Shown here one piece after another: positions 1 through 12,411 of a DNA stretch of 64,000 nucleotides (its first letter is position 1; each line of letters starts with the position of its first letter). The stretch is from Pelomyxa schiedti (taxonomy: Eukaryota; Protista; Evosea): positions 62,001-126,000 of the forward strand of contig JAHLWZ010000455.1 in assembly GCA_020536535.1 (NCBI GenBank), in the 5' to 3' direction. A program made the translations under genes and the position numbers. The notes beneath the pieces are model-generated. The model was given only the letters and a program-made list of their open reading frames with translations. It was not told where the DNA came from and made no database searches.

Positions 1-63
1 CTCGAAAACTCCAGTATCTCTTGTATCTGCAGACCATAGCCAGATCAAGCGGCACTGCGACAA

Positions 64-2412
64 ATGAGAGTGAAGACACTGTTGGTGACGTGGCACGACC
101 GGCAGGCTGTGTGGTCTGTTGACTTTTCTCGTGTGGCAAACATTATGGCAACTTCGGGCGCCGATAATTGCGTGAGGGTGAGTTTTTATCCTTGACAAAC
201 TTTGGGTCATTTTTAAGTTTGTCTTTTTTCCTTCTCTTTCTTTTTCCCCCTAGTTGTGGCAATTCGACAGAGAAAGTTTGACAGTAACATATTTATGCTC
301 GTTGGGGAGGCACGTGAGGTCTGTTAATGTGATAAGATTTTCGAATAATGGTATAGGTCTCTTTACCTTAGTATTGTATGGTTTAATTTTTTTTCCTCAG
401 GCACATATCTTGCTTCAGCTGGTGATGGTGCGTTTTTTGTTGGGCTTGTAACACAAGAAACAACGAACTCATCAATAATCTTAGATGGATTTATCTTTAT
501 CTGGAAAAAAGATGAGCAGTGGTCCCCTCCTGCCGATTCAGAGGACAAGGAGTGTTGGAAAACTATTGCTAGCTTTCAGTACCTTCCACTATCTCGATTA
601 TCATGCCTCCAGTTAATCCAATCCAGAGCTGCATCAGCGGAATTTTATGATGTAAGTTGGTCTCCAGATTCGCAGTTTATTGCCGCAGGTGCCACGGACA
701 ATGCTGTGTATATTGGGGGACTGAAACCTAACAGATGGGTGGATATGAAAAGAGATCATACTCACTTTGTCCAAGGAGTAGCCTGGGATCCTCAAAATCT
801 GTATGGCCCTATCTTGAGTGATGTTTGACGGCATATTAATAATAGATGTTAATAGTTATTCAAAATGCAAATTCACTCTAAAGGTTATTGGCCTCCTTAG
901 GGAATGACAAGACATGCAGAATTTACTCAAGGAATGGCACTACTCATAAGCACCACTTTACCTTAAAAAAGAACATATCTTCCCGTGGAATAGCAAGATC
1001 ATCTGTGGTCAGTCACAGTACCTCTCAGTATAAGTAACGGTTTCTTAGATCACCCAAGCTGTAACTCAAGAAAATAAGCCAAGTAAGTCAGATCCTAACA
1101 CTGTGGAACACTCTCCTCCCCCTGTCCCTCAAATCGAAGCCAACATCGTCCAATTACTTCCAAGCAGCGAAGGATCTGCAAGCGGGAAATCTACCACAAC
1201 AGAAAAATCCCTTGCAGAAGCTCAACCCATAAATTTACCCACAAATCCACCCAGCACTGCGTCTACAACAGCTTCGTCTGCTCCTTCAGGTTTGGAGGAT
1301 AAAAGTGACTCCAAATACCGGCAAGCTTTATTTGCTGATGAGTCTGTAATTCTATCGTACGCATTCTTTTAATGCAGCACTCAACTGAGACCATTTTTCC
1401 AAGGTTCTTTCGTCGTCTTTCTTGGTCACCAGATGGAAAATTGCTGTGCACACCTTCAGCTGTATATATGGACATTCAAGGAGCCACGCCTTCATTTTCC
1501 ACTTACTTGTTTTCTCGGACTTCTTTGAAGTAACTCCTCTTTGATAAGGACTCTTACTCACTTTTTTAAGACCCCTTTTTCATTACCCCTCACCTCAATT
1601 TCCTTCACTCGTTAGCCGCTTCAACCCGAGGTTTTTTTCTAAAATAGGTTTCTTACTAACAGTGTGTAATGAATTTATTACAAAACTTACCTTCAATGCA
1701 GAGAACCCGTATATCCCAATACACCAGTACCGCATGATATTTGCCATAGCTTCCAGAAAAGCTGTATCTATTTTTGATACTGCGCACCCACACCCACTAG
1801 CTGTGGTTGAGAACTTACACTATGCTGATATAACTGATCTGTCATGGTGCTTACACAGTTTCACCTATTCAAGTCAGTACATAACGCTAAACAAGAATCA
1901 GGTCTCGTGATGGTTATACACTGGCCATCTCTTCAGCCGACGGATTCTGCAGCTTGATTGATTTCACTGTTGAGGACTTAGGAACTTTACTCCCTGAGTC
2001 AGGTACGAGGACTAAGGAGCTATCCATCTAAACATGCCCAGAGGTACCCAAATTTACAAACGATGCCGAGGGCGAGTCTGAGGAAGGGGCCGCAACACTG
2101 TCCAGTGGAGAGCAAGGTTCCCGCTCCTTTCCCCAATAAACATAGAAATCCTGATCCCATTTAGCAAAGCAGGGACCAAACAAGAAAAGAAAAGTGGAAG
2201 TGGCTAATAGCTCCAAAGAAACACCAATTAACCCACTTCCCACCCCTGTCACCTCAATCACAAACTTAATTCCTACAACCACCCAAGCACCAGCATCAAC
2301 ACAAACAACAATCCCACTACCAGTCTCAACCCCAGTCCCAATCCCAATCCCAGTCTCAACACCCAATCCCTTACCAACACATTCAAACCCAACAAATAGT
2401 CCGTCAAGTTGA
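64..2412 (+). CDS. CHAF1B: Chromatin assembly factor 1 subunit B (p60/Cac2), WD40 repeat protein; multi-exon
   Basis: Spliced translation MRVKTLLVTWHDRQAVWSVDF...HVRSVNVIRFS...YDVSWSPD...HTHFVQGVAWDP...FFRRLSWSPDG...NLHYADITDLSW matches the CAF-1 p60 motif order; first intron GT-AG at 178-253. Confidence 0.9.
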
Positions 2413-2491
2413 ACACCAAGCTCAAAAAAAGATTCACAAAAATTTTTCATTTTTTCGCCAACGCGTAAAACAGGCCTTATACCCATGGGTC

Positions 2492-2571
2492 AATAAAATA
2501 AACAACAGACCGGAACGCTGTCTGTTTCGTTGTCGTTGCCCAGGATAGGCGTCGGTCTGGTGTGTTTTATT
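2492..2571. repeat. ~80 bp hairpin with terminal inverted repeats (MITE-like), copy 1
   Basis: AATAAAATAAACAACAGACCG...CGGTCTGGTGTGTTTTATT; close homologue at 17812-17898. Confidence 0.7.
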
Positions 2572-2722
2572 TGTATCTGGGTCAACTCATTGTCTGATCG
2601 TTCTTCGTTTCCTTCGTTAAATTTTCAGATCTTCTCAAAAAAGAAAAAAAACAAACCCAAGGTGAAAACCGTGCACGTAAGTGAAACGGAAACGGAGGTG
2701 ACACGAGCGCGGTGTTGTGGCG

Positions 2723-5700
2723 ATGTCGGTGCGATTTTCGAAGGGATCTATCCGTGCAAATGAGATCTTCTTGCGAACCAGGATCGTTGATCTGCTGTAC
2801 GACCAAATATCGCCTTGCTGTTCGGACACCCCTGTCGTCGAGGTTTCGTCATCTCTGCTCACGTCTGGGTCTTCGTTGCAAAGCAGACGATGTGGCTATG
2901 AAGACGAAAACGTTTCTATGTGGTCTCTGCTTAAAGACGGGCATGACATTTGCCAGTTTGTTTCAATGAAAAAACCAACACCAAAACGACGCGAGAAAAT
3001 AAATAAAGCCAAGGCAGTTACACATTGCAGAATTTTGAATCTTATTTCGCCGGGGTCAATCAAGAAGATACATGTTTCCTCTCAGCCCTTTTTTCAAATG
3101 GTTTATAAACTACTCAGTCTTTTGTTAACATGCAATAGGCCAATATAGCACAATTTTTAGCATTGTGTGCACAACAGCGGCTTCTTCCTTCCAGTAAAAC
3201 CTTCTATCTTTCTGATTTATATGAAGCAAAAAACATCCCCAAGGTTAGTCAGAATATAATGACATCTGGCTCTCTCAAACATACCAAAGGTTTTAGATAG
3301 CCTGGTGTACCTTTTGAGGGATGAAATTTTTGATGTATGTGCCTCCTAGTAGAACTTGTGCCCACTCATCTCACTGGCCATGTATTTAACAGATTTTAAA
3401 ACGTCGTGTTGACGAAAAAGCAAGCAAGGTTTCGTCACACACTCACCCAGATCCAGCTCAATCTTCGAAATCTGCAACAGATGAAAGTTTTTCATCTCCC
3501 AGAGCAAATAGTGCCAAAGACCTTACACCTCCTCCATCACAGGCAATCCACCGTGAAATTTCACCCCTTCGTGTACAGCAGATACCCAACACACCAACCA
3601 TATCAATGGATGCAAGTCCCTCACCTAACACTTTGGCATTCTCCATTTCTGATAATGTGAATAACTCATCTCCCAACTCATCATGTTTAAATGAAACTTC
3701 ACAATCCAGCAGTAGGGACACTGTATGTACAGTAATTGAACAAACGCATATTACTGGAGATAATTCTTTTCTTTCACCACAATCAGAGGTGTATACAAAT
3801 AGCCCCTCCCTCTCACCTCCAGCAACATCTCCACCTTCATCTCCACCTACCTTATCCCCAACTTCATCTCCAACCCCACTCTCTCCTCTATTGTCCCCAC
3901 CACAGCCTCCTTTATCTTCTCCATTAGTAATCATAACACCACCTAAAACCGATGACAATAGTGTTGATGCGAACCCTTCCTTTACACCACAAGGAGAACC
4001 AGAAAATGTGCAAGTGATATCAAGTGAAGCGAACATGACATCACCCTTTGGTGACTCTGACTCAGTTGAACGATTTGACAGAGTTGAAATCACAAGTGGC
4101 ATTCCCAGTGAGGAAAGAAAGCACAAACATCGTAGACATAGGTCACACGAATCGCGACATAGTCGAAAAAATGACAATCACTCCAACAGAGGGGTTTCCC
4201 AAGAATCTACCGTTACTACAAGGAGTGAGGACTGTTCTACGATGTTGGTACTTCCTTCAAGCCATTTCATGTTGTAACCCAACCCTAGAACTTGCACCAC
4301 TTGCCAAGCAGTGTTAAGAGCTACAGCAAAATTCTGTGACCAGTGTGGGGCAAAAGTTTCAAATGAGGGTGTTGATGAGACGGTCACTACACCGAACTCA
4401 TCTCCTCCCCAATTACATCAGCCACAAGAAACAGTCCCCTCAATTCCCCCACAATTAACCTCTGAACCCAGTGAACATAAAGTACAGAAAGATGTTGAAT
4501 ACATGGGAGGAACTACAACAGAACCAATCCAGTGTACTCAAACAAATGAAAGCTCCCCTCTTCCCCATCAGTCACCACAGCCTTCGAGAAGCAGAGCTCT
4601 TCGGCAGACAATGCATCCACTACTCCTTGACTCCCAGACACTCATTTTGTCTATAACTGCCTCTGCTCTAAAGCGTACCAAAGTTGACATTAATTCAGAG
4701 ACACAATCTTCCAATCCCGAGTCTTTACATGCTTCAGCTGAATCTCCAACCAGCCCTTCACCACCATCTTCCGCGCGCTTTGACCAAGACAACATTGAAG
4801 AAAGCACGACACATTCAGAAGCTCCACCAAGTACACATAGTAATCCGACATCGAGTCCACCTCCTCCAAAACAGGGTCTCACAAGCAAAGGTGATCGAAA
4901 CAGGAATTCTCTGCACCATACAGTAAGTGTTCCAGCATTCAATATAAGAATGTCAACAGATTCTCTGAGTATTGCACAGGCGTATGCTCAAAGCAACAAC
5001 TTTTTTTTTTTTAACAGCAACAGAAACTGTCCAGATTTTTCTTGTTGTCTTGAATTTTCCCAGAATGCTGACCTTTTCGATTGGGTAAGTACTCCTTCTT
5101 TTATAAATATTCATTCAGTATTCTAAAACCCAAAGATGAATAACGAACTAACAAAAGTTGGCGAAGCCCCGGTTGTCCGCTGCCAAGAGCTGTACAATGG
5201 ATTAAAACTTATCAAACTTCTTGAGGTTGAACTTCCCTGTTATAACTTTCTCCTACTCTGTCATAGGCACTCTCTGGAACCCCGGTGGCTGTGCCTTATA
5301 ATGAAACACCCTCTACTTATATGGACTGCAGTGAAAATCTTCACACATTGATGCAGTGCATCAAAGAACGAACCGGCACAGAAGTGGGAGGGTGCACTGC
5401 TCAAGGTAAAATAACTGTGGTATAACGTTGGGTTTATTGTTTATCCACAGAGCTCCTCACTGGAAATAGCAAGTCTTATGCATTGCTCTTGACATTCCTC
5501 CGAGACACATTTGATTGGGACAGGGTGTTCTGGGAAGCCCTCAATAAGATTGGCTTAAATGGAACCCTGACATCACTTGTTCACAATGTTCTTGCAACAA
5601 AGAATGACGCAGAAGTTGGAAGGGAACTGAGGGAGCAAATTAAACTGCACAAGAGGAAACAAGATGAACAAGGCATACAACAAGGACATAAACACCGATT

Positions 5701-8552
5701 CTCTGAAAATTCAGCCTTAACAGCAGCAACTAAGAACCGGCAGAGTCCACTTTTAACAGCATCCTCAGATTCTGTTCATATCCCTGTTCACTTGGCCAAA
5801 CCGTTGAAGCCTAATATACAAATCCTAAGTGAAACTGCCCAACAAGGCTCCTCAATATCACAGGAGTCCTCCCTGGAAACAATTTCCGAGACAATTGTAA
5901 ATACCCATCCTCCCCCAACGAGTAATACGCCTCCACCTACCAGTGATATTGCTGTTGATTCCCCCCGTGAAACCGCCAGTCTTTCAGCCTTAGCCAATTC
6001 AACTGTAAACACAAGTGTAACCACAGGCACAACCGTAACCACAACCACAACCACAACCACTACAACAGCCACCACACCAAAAATTAGAAATGCAAAATTG
6101 GCTAGAAGAGAAGCCGTGTTTGACCTCCAAAGGCTTAAATACTCGCCAAGTCAGACAGTTTCATCCACTGTGCTGCAGGGACAACAAGCAACAATTAATC
6201 GGCGCCATGCGCATCACGTCTCACTCCCAGTATCTCCAAGTTCCTCTTTGACACACAACAGGTTTTTTTTTTTTTTTTTAACCTGCCGTCATTTACTTTT
6301 GCAGCCAAAGTACTGCCCCGCCATCACTTGTCGAAGTTCTCAAGACACCTCACCTTCTTGCAGGGTTTCGGAATTTCTTACAGCAACACCAAGTTTGTGC
6401 TTACATTGTAGTTTCCTTCACACTCACCAAACCAGTCCTCGGAAAATTTAGACTTTTACATAGATATTGTGAACTTCAGTCAGAACGTAACCTCCAAAGA
6501 GGTATTCCATTTTCCCCACTATTTCAACCTCACTGTCTTCAGGAGTTATGTGAAGAAGCCAGAAGAATTTACTCCAAGTATGTTGCAGAAAATGCACAAT
6601 GCGAGGTTAACATTTCTGGTGAAATCCGATCTGGGATCAAGAATATTGTGTTGCATTCTATGGATAAAATTTCTTCTTCCTTGTTCCATTCCGCTAGAGT
6701 ATGCTAACTAAATTTGAACGATATACCAATGATTTCCTATAAACTCAACCAGACTGAAGTTGAAACAATGTTGAGAGTAGACATGTTTCCACAATGGATA
6801 TCAACAAATATGTGGAACGCCAACAATAAAAATTCAACTCCAGTTAAAAAACAAGCTACTCGTATGCCAAACCTTCTCGAACACCCTTGCATGGCCTTGA
6901 CTTTTCCAAGAAGAAAGAGTGCTTTGTGCCCAGGCCCAAGTACGATGTCGTATTGTAATAGAACTCTTCAATGCGGAAAAAATCTATGTGGATGCTTTAA
7001 ATGCGGTGGTAGTTTGGATTATGTCACCAATAAAAATGTCTCCAAAAATGACATTATCCACTGCTAACTGATATTTAGGGCAAAGATAGATGGAAATCCT
7101 ATTATAGAAGAAGAGGTGTTCAACTCAATATTTTGCAATATCGAGTCGTTGTGGCAAAAGCACAAGTAGTACACAAAGTCGGTACTAGAGCTTTCATTGA
7201 CTTTGTTGACAGAAAATTGCTTGATGAACTTGAGCTGTGCATAACATCTTGGAATGAAAGTACAACTTTTGGAAATACCTTTCTTGTTCTCGTATGTGGA
7301 GTTACTCTTCCTTCCCTGCTCAATAGGCACTTTGCAGACACCATGGCTACGTGATGAATATTCGTGCTACTATAGTGGGTACAGTACCTCGAGGAAAGTG
7401 CTTGCTGAGTGCAAGGAAACCATTCCAAGATTTGCTGACTGTCTCAAAGTATCAAACAACTTGCACTTGTTTACCCTAAAGCAAAAAAGCGACTGGAAAA
7501 TGTTGATAGTAACCAGACAAAATGTGTACAAATTGAAGATTATATGGCCCTTCCCATTAACAGGTTTCTTTTTTCTTTCTTTTAAGATAACTTATTTTCT
7601 GAATGGTTACTAGGTTACCGCGCTACATTATCTCCCTCTCGAATATGTTGAAATATACTACCAAGATTAATAGTGACTATGCTCTTCTGACCTATGTCCG
7701 GGTATCAACTTTATTGATGGTTTTTCACCATTAGATAGGCTTTGAAACAAACCACGGAGGTTGTAGAATTTGTTTCTCAGCATGCAACTGAAGATTTGGA
7801 AAATACACGCAAGCTGATAGAAATATCTCTGTCTGTTGATGGGCATGAGGGTGGTGTAAGTCTACCCACATACAGTGCGTTTCTCACCACCTTTAGTTGG
7901 TTGTTCCCGGGCGGCATCTCCTTGAGGAGGGACCCTTACTGCAAGTCGAAATGGAAGGCAAGTCAAAACGTACTGTAAATAGAGTATGCTCCCATTTCCA
8001 AGTTTTCACCTTATCCTTCTGCTTCTCATCCCCAAACAGGCCTACTGCTTCCTTTTCACTGATATCTTGCTCTGCTGCCAACATAACACAAAACCCTCTC
8101 CCACCAGCAGCAGACCTCTGCTATTTGTATCAGAACTGAGCCTCTCAGATGTTATTTCAGTCCACGTTCCAGCACAACGTCAGCTGGTAATCAAAGTAGC
8201 AAGCACAGCCGCGAGTGCCAAACCCTGCACTCAGTGGAGACTACACGTGCTATCAGACAAAGAACACCTCTCCTGGGAAACCAGCCTCAGCACAGCCTTG
8301 GGCGAGTACCAGCAGTACCAGGAATCACACAACACAATCGCAGCAGCCGGCCCTCCCCCCCTCACCTCTTCAATCAACACCGAGCGCAGCCCACACTCCA
8401 TCAGCCCCCCAATACCCCTATCGTCATCAAGCACAGAGGAACCCAGCAGAACCCGGTCTCAATCCAGTGCACCCAGTATCTCACTGAGTACATCACCACC
8501 CCCACATAGACACAAGCACTGTGCCAGTGAGGCAAGCAACAGACGGTGGTAA
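2723..8552 (+). CDS. Multidomain RhoGEF: CH - low complexity - zinc ribbon - CH - RGS - DH - PH; multi-exon
   Basis: CH1 (LLKDGHDICQILNLISPGSIKKI...MANIAQFL...DLYEAKNIPKV), CTTC..CDQC ribbon at ~4290-4350, CH2 (LFDWMNNEL...LYNGLKLIKLLE), RGS (FRNFLQQHQSSENLDFYIDI...MLRVDMFPQW), DH (ELFNAEKIYVDAL...IFCNIESL...LPRY), PH (RHLLEEGPL...YCFLFTDILLCC). Confidence 0.85.
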
Positions 8553-8657
8553 TTTTCCCATCAACACACCACCATGCCACACTATCAGTTTTTTTTTGGT
8601 TTCGTTTCTTGTAGACATAAATAAGTGTATTTAAATCCTTGTGTTGTTCCCTTTCTT

Positions 8658-10436
8658 TTACAAGACAAAGGTGTCATACAACAGGTTGAACAGTTCCACT
8701 TCAACAGACAAGAAGTCCCCTGTGTACTGCAGAGTAGCACCACTGATTTCCTCAATGAGACCCCAGAGCGAGTCGAGCTGGAAGTAGAAGATGCCATGGA
8801 AGCCCGATTTGTCTCCTGTGTGGCCGGTCATTGTTTGTTCAGTGATTGTAAATCCATTGGTGATTTCTTGGTAGAGGCCATACCTGTTGATTTTTTGGGT
8901 GTCAATGGGGAAAAACTTAGTCTCTGCTACTTACTTAGTAACAGCATCAAATTCACTTTGCACGGTGTGCATTAAGTCAATACTCTCCTTGGAGAGAATC
9001 CTTCGACTTGAATCACTTGGGAGAGCACCCCCATTCAAATGGGCAAGCTTCAATTGGATCAAGTCGCGCAAGCAGCTACGCATCCCACCCTGGAAAATAA
9101 TAAACACCAGGAAATACCCAGAGAAGGAAAATACCTGTGGTGCGAATAAACCTCCATTGGTTCCAATGACGTAAACTGAGTAATCAATTGGATTTACAAC
9201 TCTTGAAGCATAGGTGGCTTGGTCGTCCATGCCAGCACTAGCAATATAGTAATCTAACGATGGTACTTGATCGAAAAGTAGTTAATGCTAAATGTTTACC
9301 TGATTTTGGGTAGAAGTAATTGTAGAGTGGTGAGAGTTGCTTGGAAGTTGCTTTATCGAAACTCTGCAAATTAAAACTTGTCGTATTCATCTAAAATTTC
9401 AAATGAGGCGGAGGAAAATGGTTGTATGGTTTCTGCACCAATAACACATCAAAAACATGTGCTTTAGTATAGAGGTCGAAACGCTCCCCTGAGAGCCACT
9501 CCACTGCAGTGGCGACTACCATTGGATTTACGTTACTATAGTGATACCCTGCTTGATCACCAGGAGGGTACCTGTCGGGGAAGCTCAATTGGTTTTTTGG
9601 CTTGAGTGGGGCGTACTCTGTGTTCCAAAGTGTTGTGGGGTTGTAGTATGCACCTCCAGGGAGTAACAGATCTTGAATTGATAGAGTGGGTCCAATTGCG
9701 CTGTCACAAGCATTTGCAAAGGCTTATTTCATTATTAAACAACGAAGTAACAAATGAAATATTGGCATACTGTCGTAATCATCCCCCATGATAGATGACG
9801 TGTGATCAAGCAACTAAAGAGAGTTTACGAGAGAGGCAGAGTAATAACGAGTTTACTTGTCGGAGGGTTATGGGGACATCGGGGAAAGAAGGATTTCGTA
9901 ATGTGAATCCAATATAGTTGCTTATATCTGTATCGAGCTAGCTCATATTAGGTAATTCAAACAAAGGGATTGGATACATCACATCGACCCAACTCATACT
10001 GCTGCAGAATGGAAATAGCGGAAACTTGTTTACTTATACTTGCTTCTCGAATAAGGCTGTTGACTGCGAAGCTTGAGAAAGATCAGAAATGGATCCTAGG
10101 AAATGCCGGACCAAACCTTGTTTTTTCAGAGATATTCAGCCAACCATACGCACCGACCCATTGAAATTCACCATTGCTAGTTATAGTGGCAAGGCCAAGA
10201 CCTTGGAATCAGTCCATAGGAAATCCCACGCAAACAAGAAAAAGTAAAAAAAAAGAAACAGAAATACCAGCCACTTCGTATTTTTTCATAATGGAGAGAA
10301 CACTGTTGTCAAGCGTCGTGGGGTTGGAGATTGGTGGGTACTGATACGGCAACGAGTACTTCACGTCTTGATTTAACGGGATTCCCGCCACCCAACAAGC
10401 CATCGCCACTACAACCAGCCACAACAACGTCCCCAT
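8658..10436 (-). CDS. Secreted beta-lactamase-family (class C/PBP-like) serine hydrolase; multi-exon
   Basis: Signal peptide MGTLLWLVVVAMACWVAG; catalytic motifs SISK (SxxK), YHYSN (YxN) and GHTG; ITLRQ/LLDHTS segment. Confidence 0.85.
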
Positions 10437-10688
10437 CTCTGCGATTTTTTTTTTTTTCAAATGAAGTGCATCATCGCCTGGATGATACTAGCTGGGAGAT
10501 TCCGAACTGTCCTACTGATGGTCTAAGACAAAAGAACGGGAAGTTGGAGCAAGGAAGGAAAAAACAAAGCACAGGGGAGGGGCACTTTTTGGTCTGACGA
10601 CGTGAAAAACCACAAAAATTGACAGGCCAAAAGAGAAATGCTGGTTGTTTGTACATATGTGTCCTGATGGAATTCACTTCCGACTTAT

Positions 10689-11824
10689 CTATTCACCACC
10701 CTCAGTAGCACTGTGGTCCATTTCGACCTCTGATGCATCTGCAGCAGCTTCACGGTCGCGCTTCTCTTGCTTTTCTCGCCGCTTGAATTGCTCTAGCTTC
10801 CTCTCACGCCACCATCTTGCGGTCATCATGAAGGCATTTCCCAGGCACACCACCATCATGCACACAAAAAACCAATAAAACATCTTCTTGGTGGAATAGC
10901 ACCCCCAGTAGAGGAATCTATTTGTCAGTTTAGGCAATTTGAAAGGTTACTGTTATATCAGGTTCTCTACAGTGTTAAAGTGATGCGTAACATTATTATT
11001 ACATACAGCATTCCAACGTAGCATGCACAGACAATGGTTTGTGCCAAGAATAGTAGAACAAAGAACAATCTCTTTGTGGAATTCCTCGTGATTCTCTTTG
11101 CAGAAATTTCCATTGTTCCGCACAATACAGCGACACAAGTTCCCCCAAATCCACCTCCCAACGACGGATCCGCCCTCGTAATGCCATCGTCTTTGTCTGG
11201 CTTCACACTGGGCATATAGACAACAAGGCCTGTTTACTCATTATAAGATGAAACTGGAAAGCGGCAGTCTCACCAAAAAATAATTGCAACAACACAAAGA
11301 TTCCTGTTACTGTAGTACCCAAGACTTGAAATTGACAACTAGTAGCAAAGTCATAGTCATCTTGCTGATCATCAAGAGACTGTGCAAATCCCGCACAAAC
11401 AGATGAGAAGGTCGCTCCAAATACACCGGATAGTACATCCTCAGAATATTGAATTATTGCCGCACTCAGTGTTTCATTATTAAGAATGGCGTCAGCATCA
11501 CCTTTGTTGTCGTAGGGTCACGCAAGGTCGGTTTTGGTTATTTTTTTTTAAAAAAAGAAAACTCACTGCAATAAAGAGGGAAGTAAGGTTCTACCCTTAT
11601 CCCGCAGATTTCATTCCAAGTTCCACACCTGTTCAATCGTCAAAAACCAAAAAAAAAAAAAAAAAAAAACTTTCGCACCAATCACTTACAACAGCCTGCA
11701 TCACGTTTTCATTGTCGTTCATTGGGTCAGCCAAATCGTTGTAGTTCAACAGCAATACAGTGCCCACCAACAAGCACACGAAGTTCACGAGCTGCCTCTG
11801 CCTGTCGTGCAGTGCCGACGGCAT
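10689..11824 (-). CDS. Multi-pass membrane protein of unknown function; multi-exon
   Basis: Several hydrophobic segments across exons (LVNFVCLLVGTVLLL, LFFVLLFLAQTIVCACYVG, FYWFFVCMMVVCLGNAFMM) and a charged C-terminal tail. No family recognised. Confidence 0.55.
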
Positions 11825-12411
11825 GTTGTCCCGCTAGCCGTTGTCGTGCGTGCTGTAATTATGGGTACGTAGGCTGGGTTTTCGGTTGGTGCCAACCTCT
11901 GTCGTCGTTGTGTTCTGGGCCTTGTGAATGGTGGGACGTTGCAGGTGGTTTCTGCACTTGTGTGTAATTTACTTTTTTTATCTCCAATCCGACAGTGGAA
12001 TTGGTCCTTCATCTAACTCAACAGAAGAAGCAAGTCCGGACTTCAGTAAGATCTAGGTTTTCAGAAGCTCCACATGAGCACAACAAAGGGAAGGGATGGA
12101 TCGGATGGGTTTCCTCCCAATTGGGGGGGAAAAAAAGCCCAAGAGTTGGCCTGGCCTTGGGACTGGGAAACATCCACAGAACTGCAAATGGAGTATCTTT
12201 GGCAAAACGGACTTCCTGTAAACGGAAAGTGGGAACATCACCGTGACTCTAAGGAAATCAAAGAGAGGAATCATGAGCGGTGGAATCCGCGAAGATGCTA
12301 ATAAACAATACACAAAACCAAACTGTAAGAACCACCGTACGGTACGTTGTAGCGGATACCATACTTGTAGCTGTCGGGCGTCGTTAGTTTCTAGTCACTG
12401 TGGCCAGTAAA

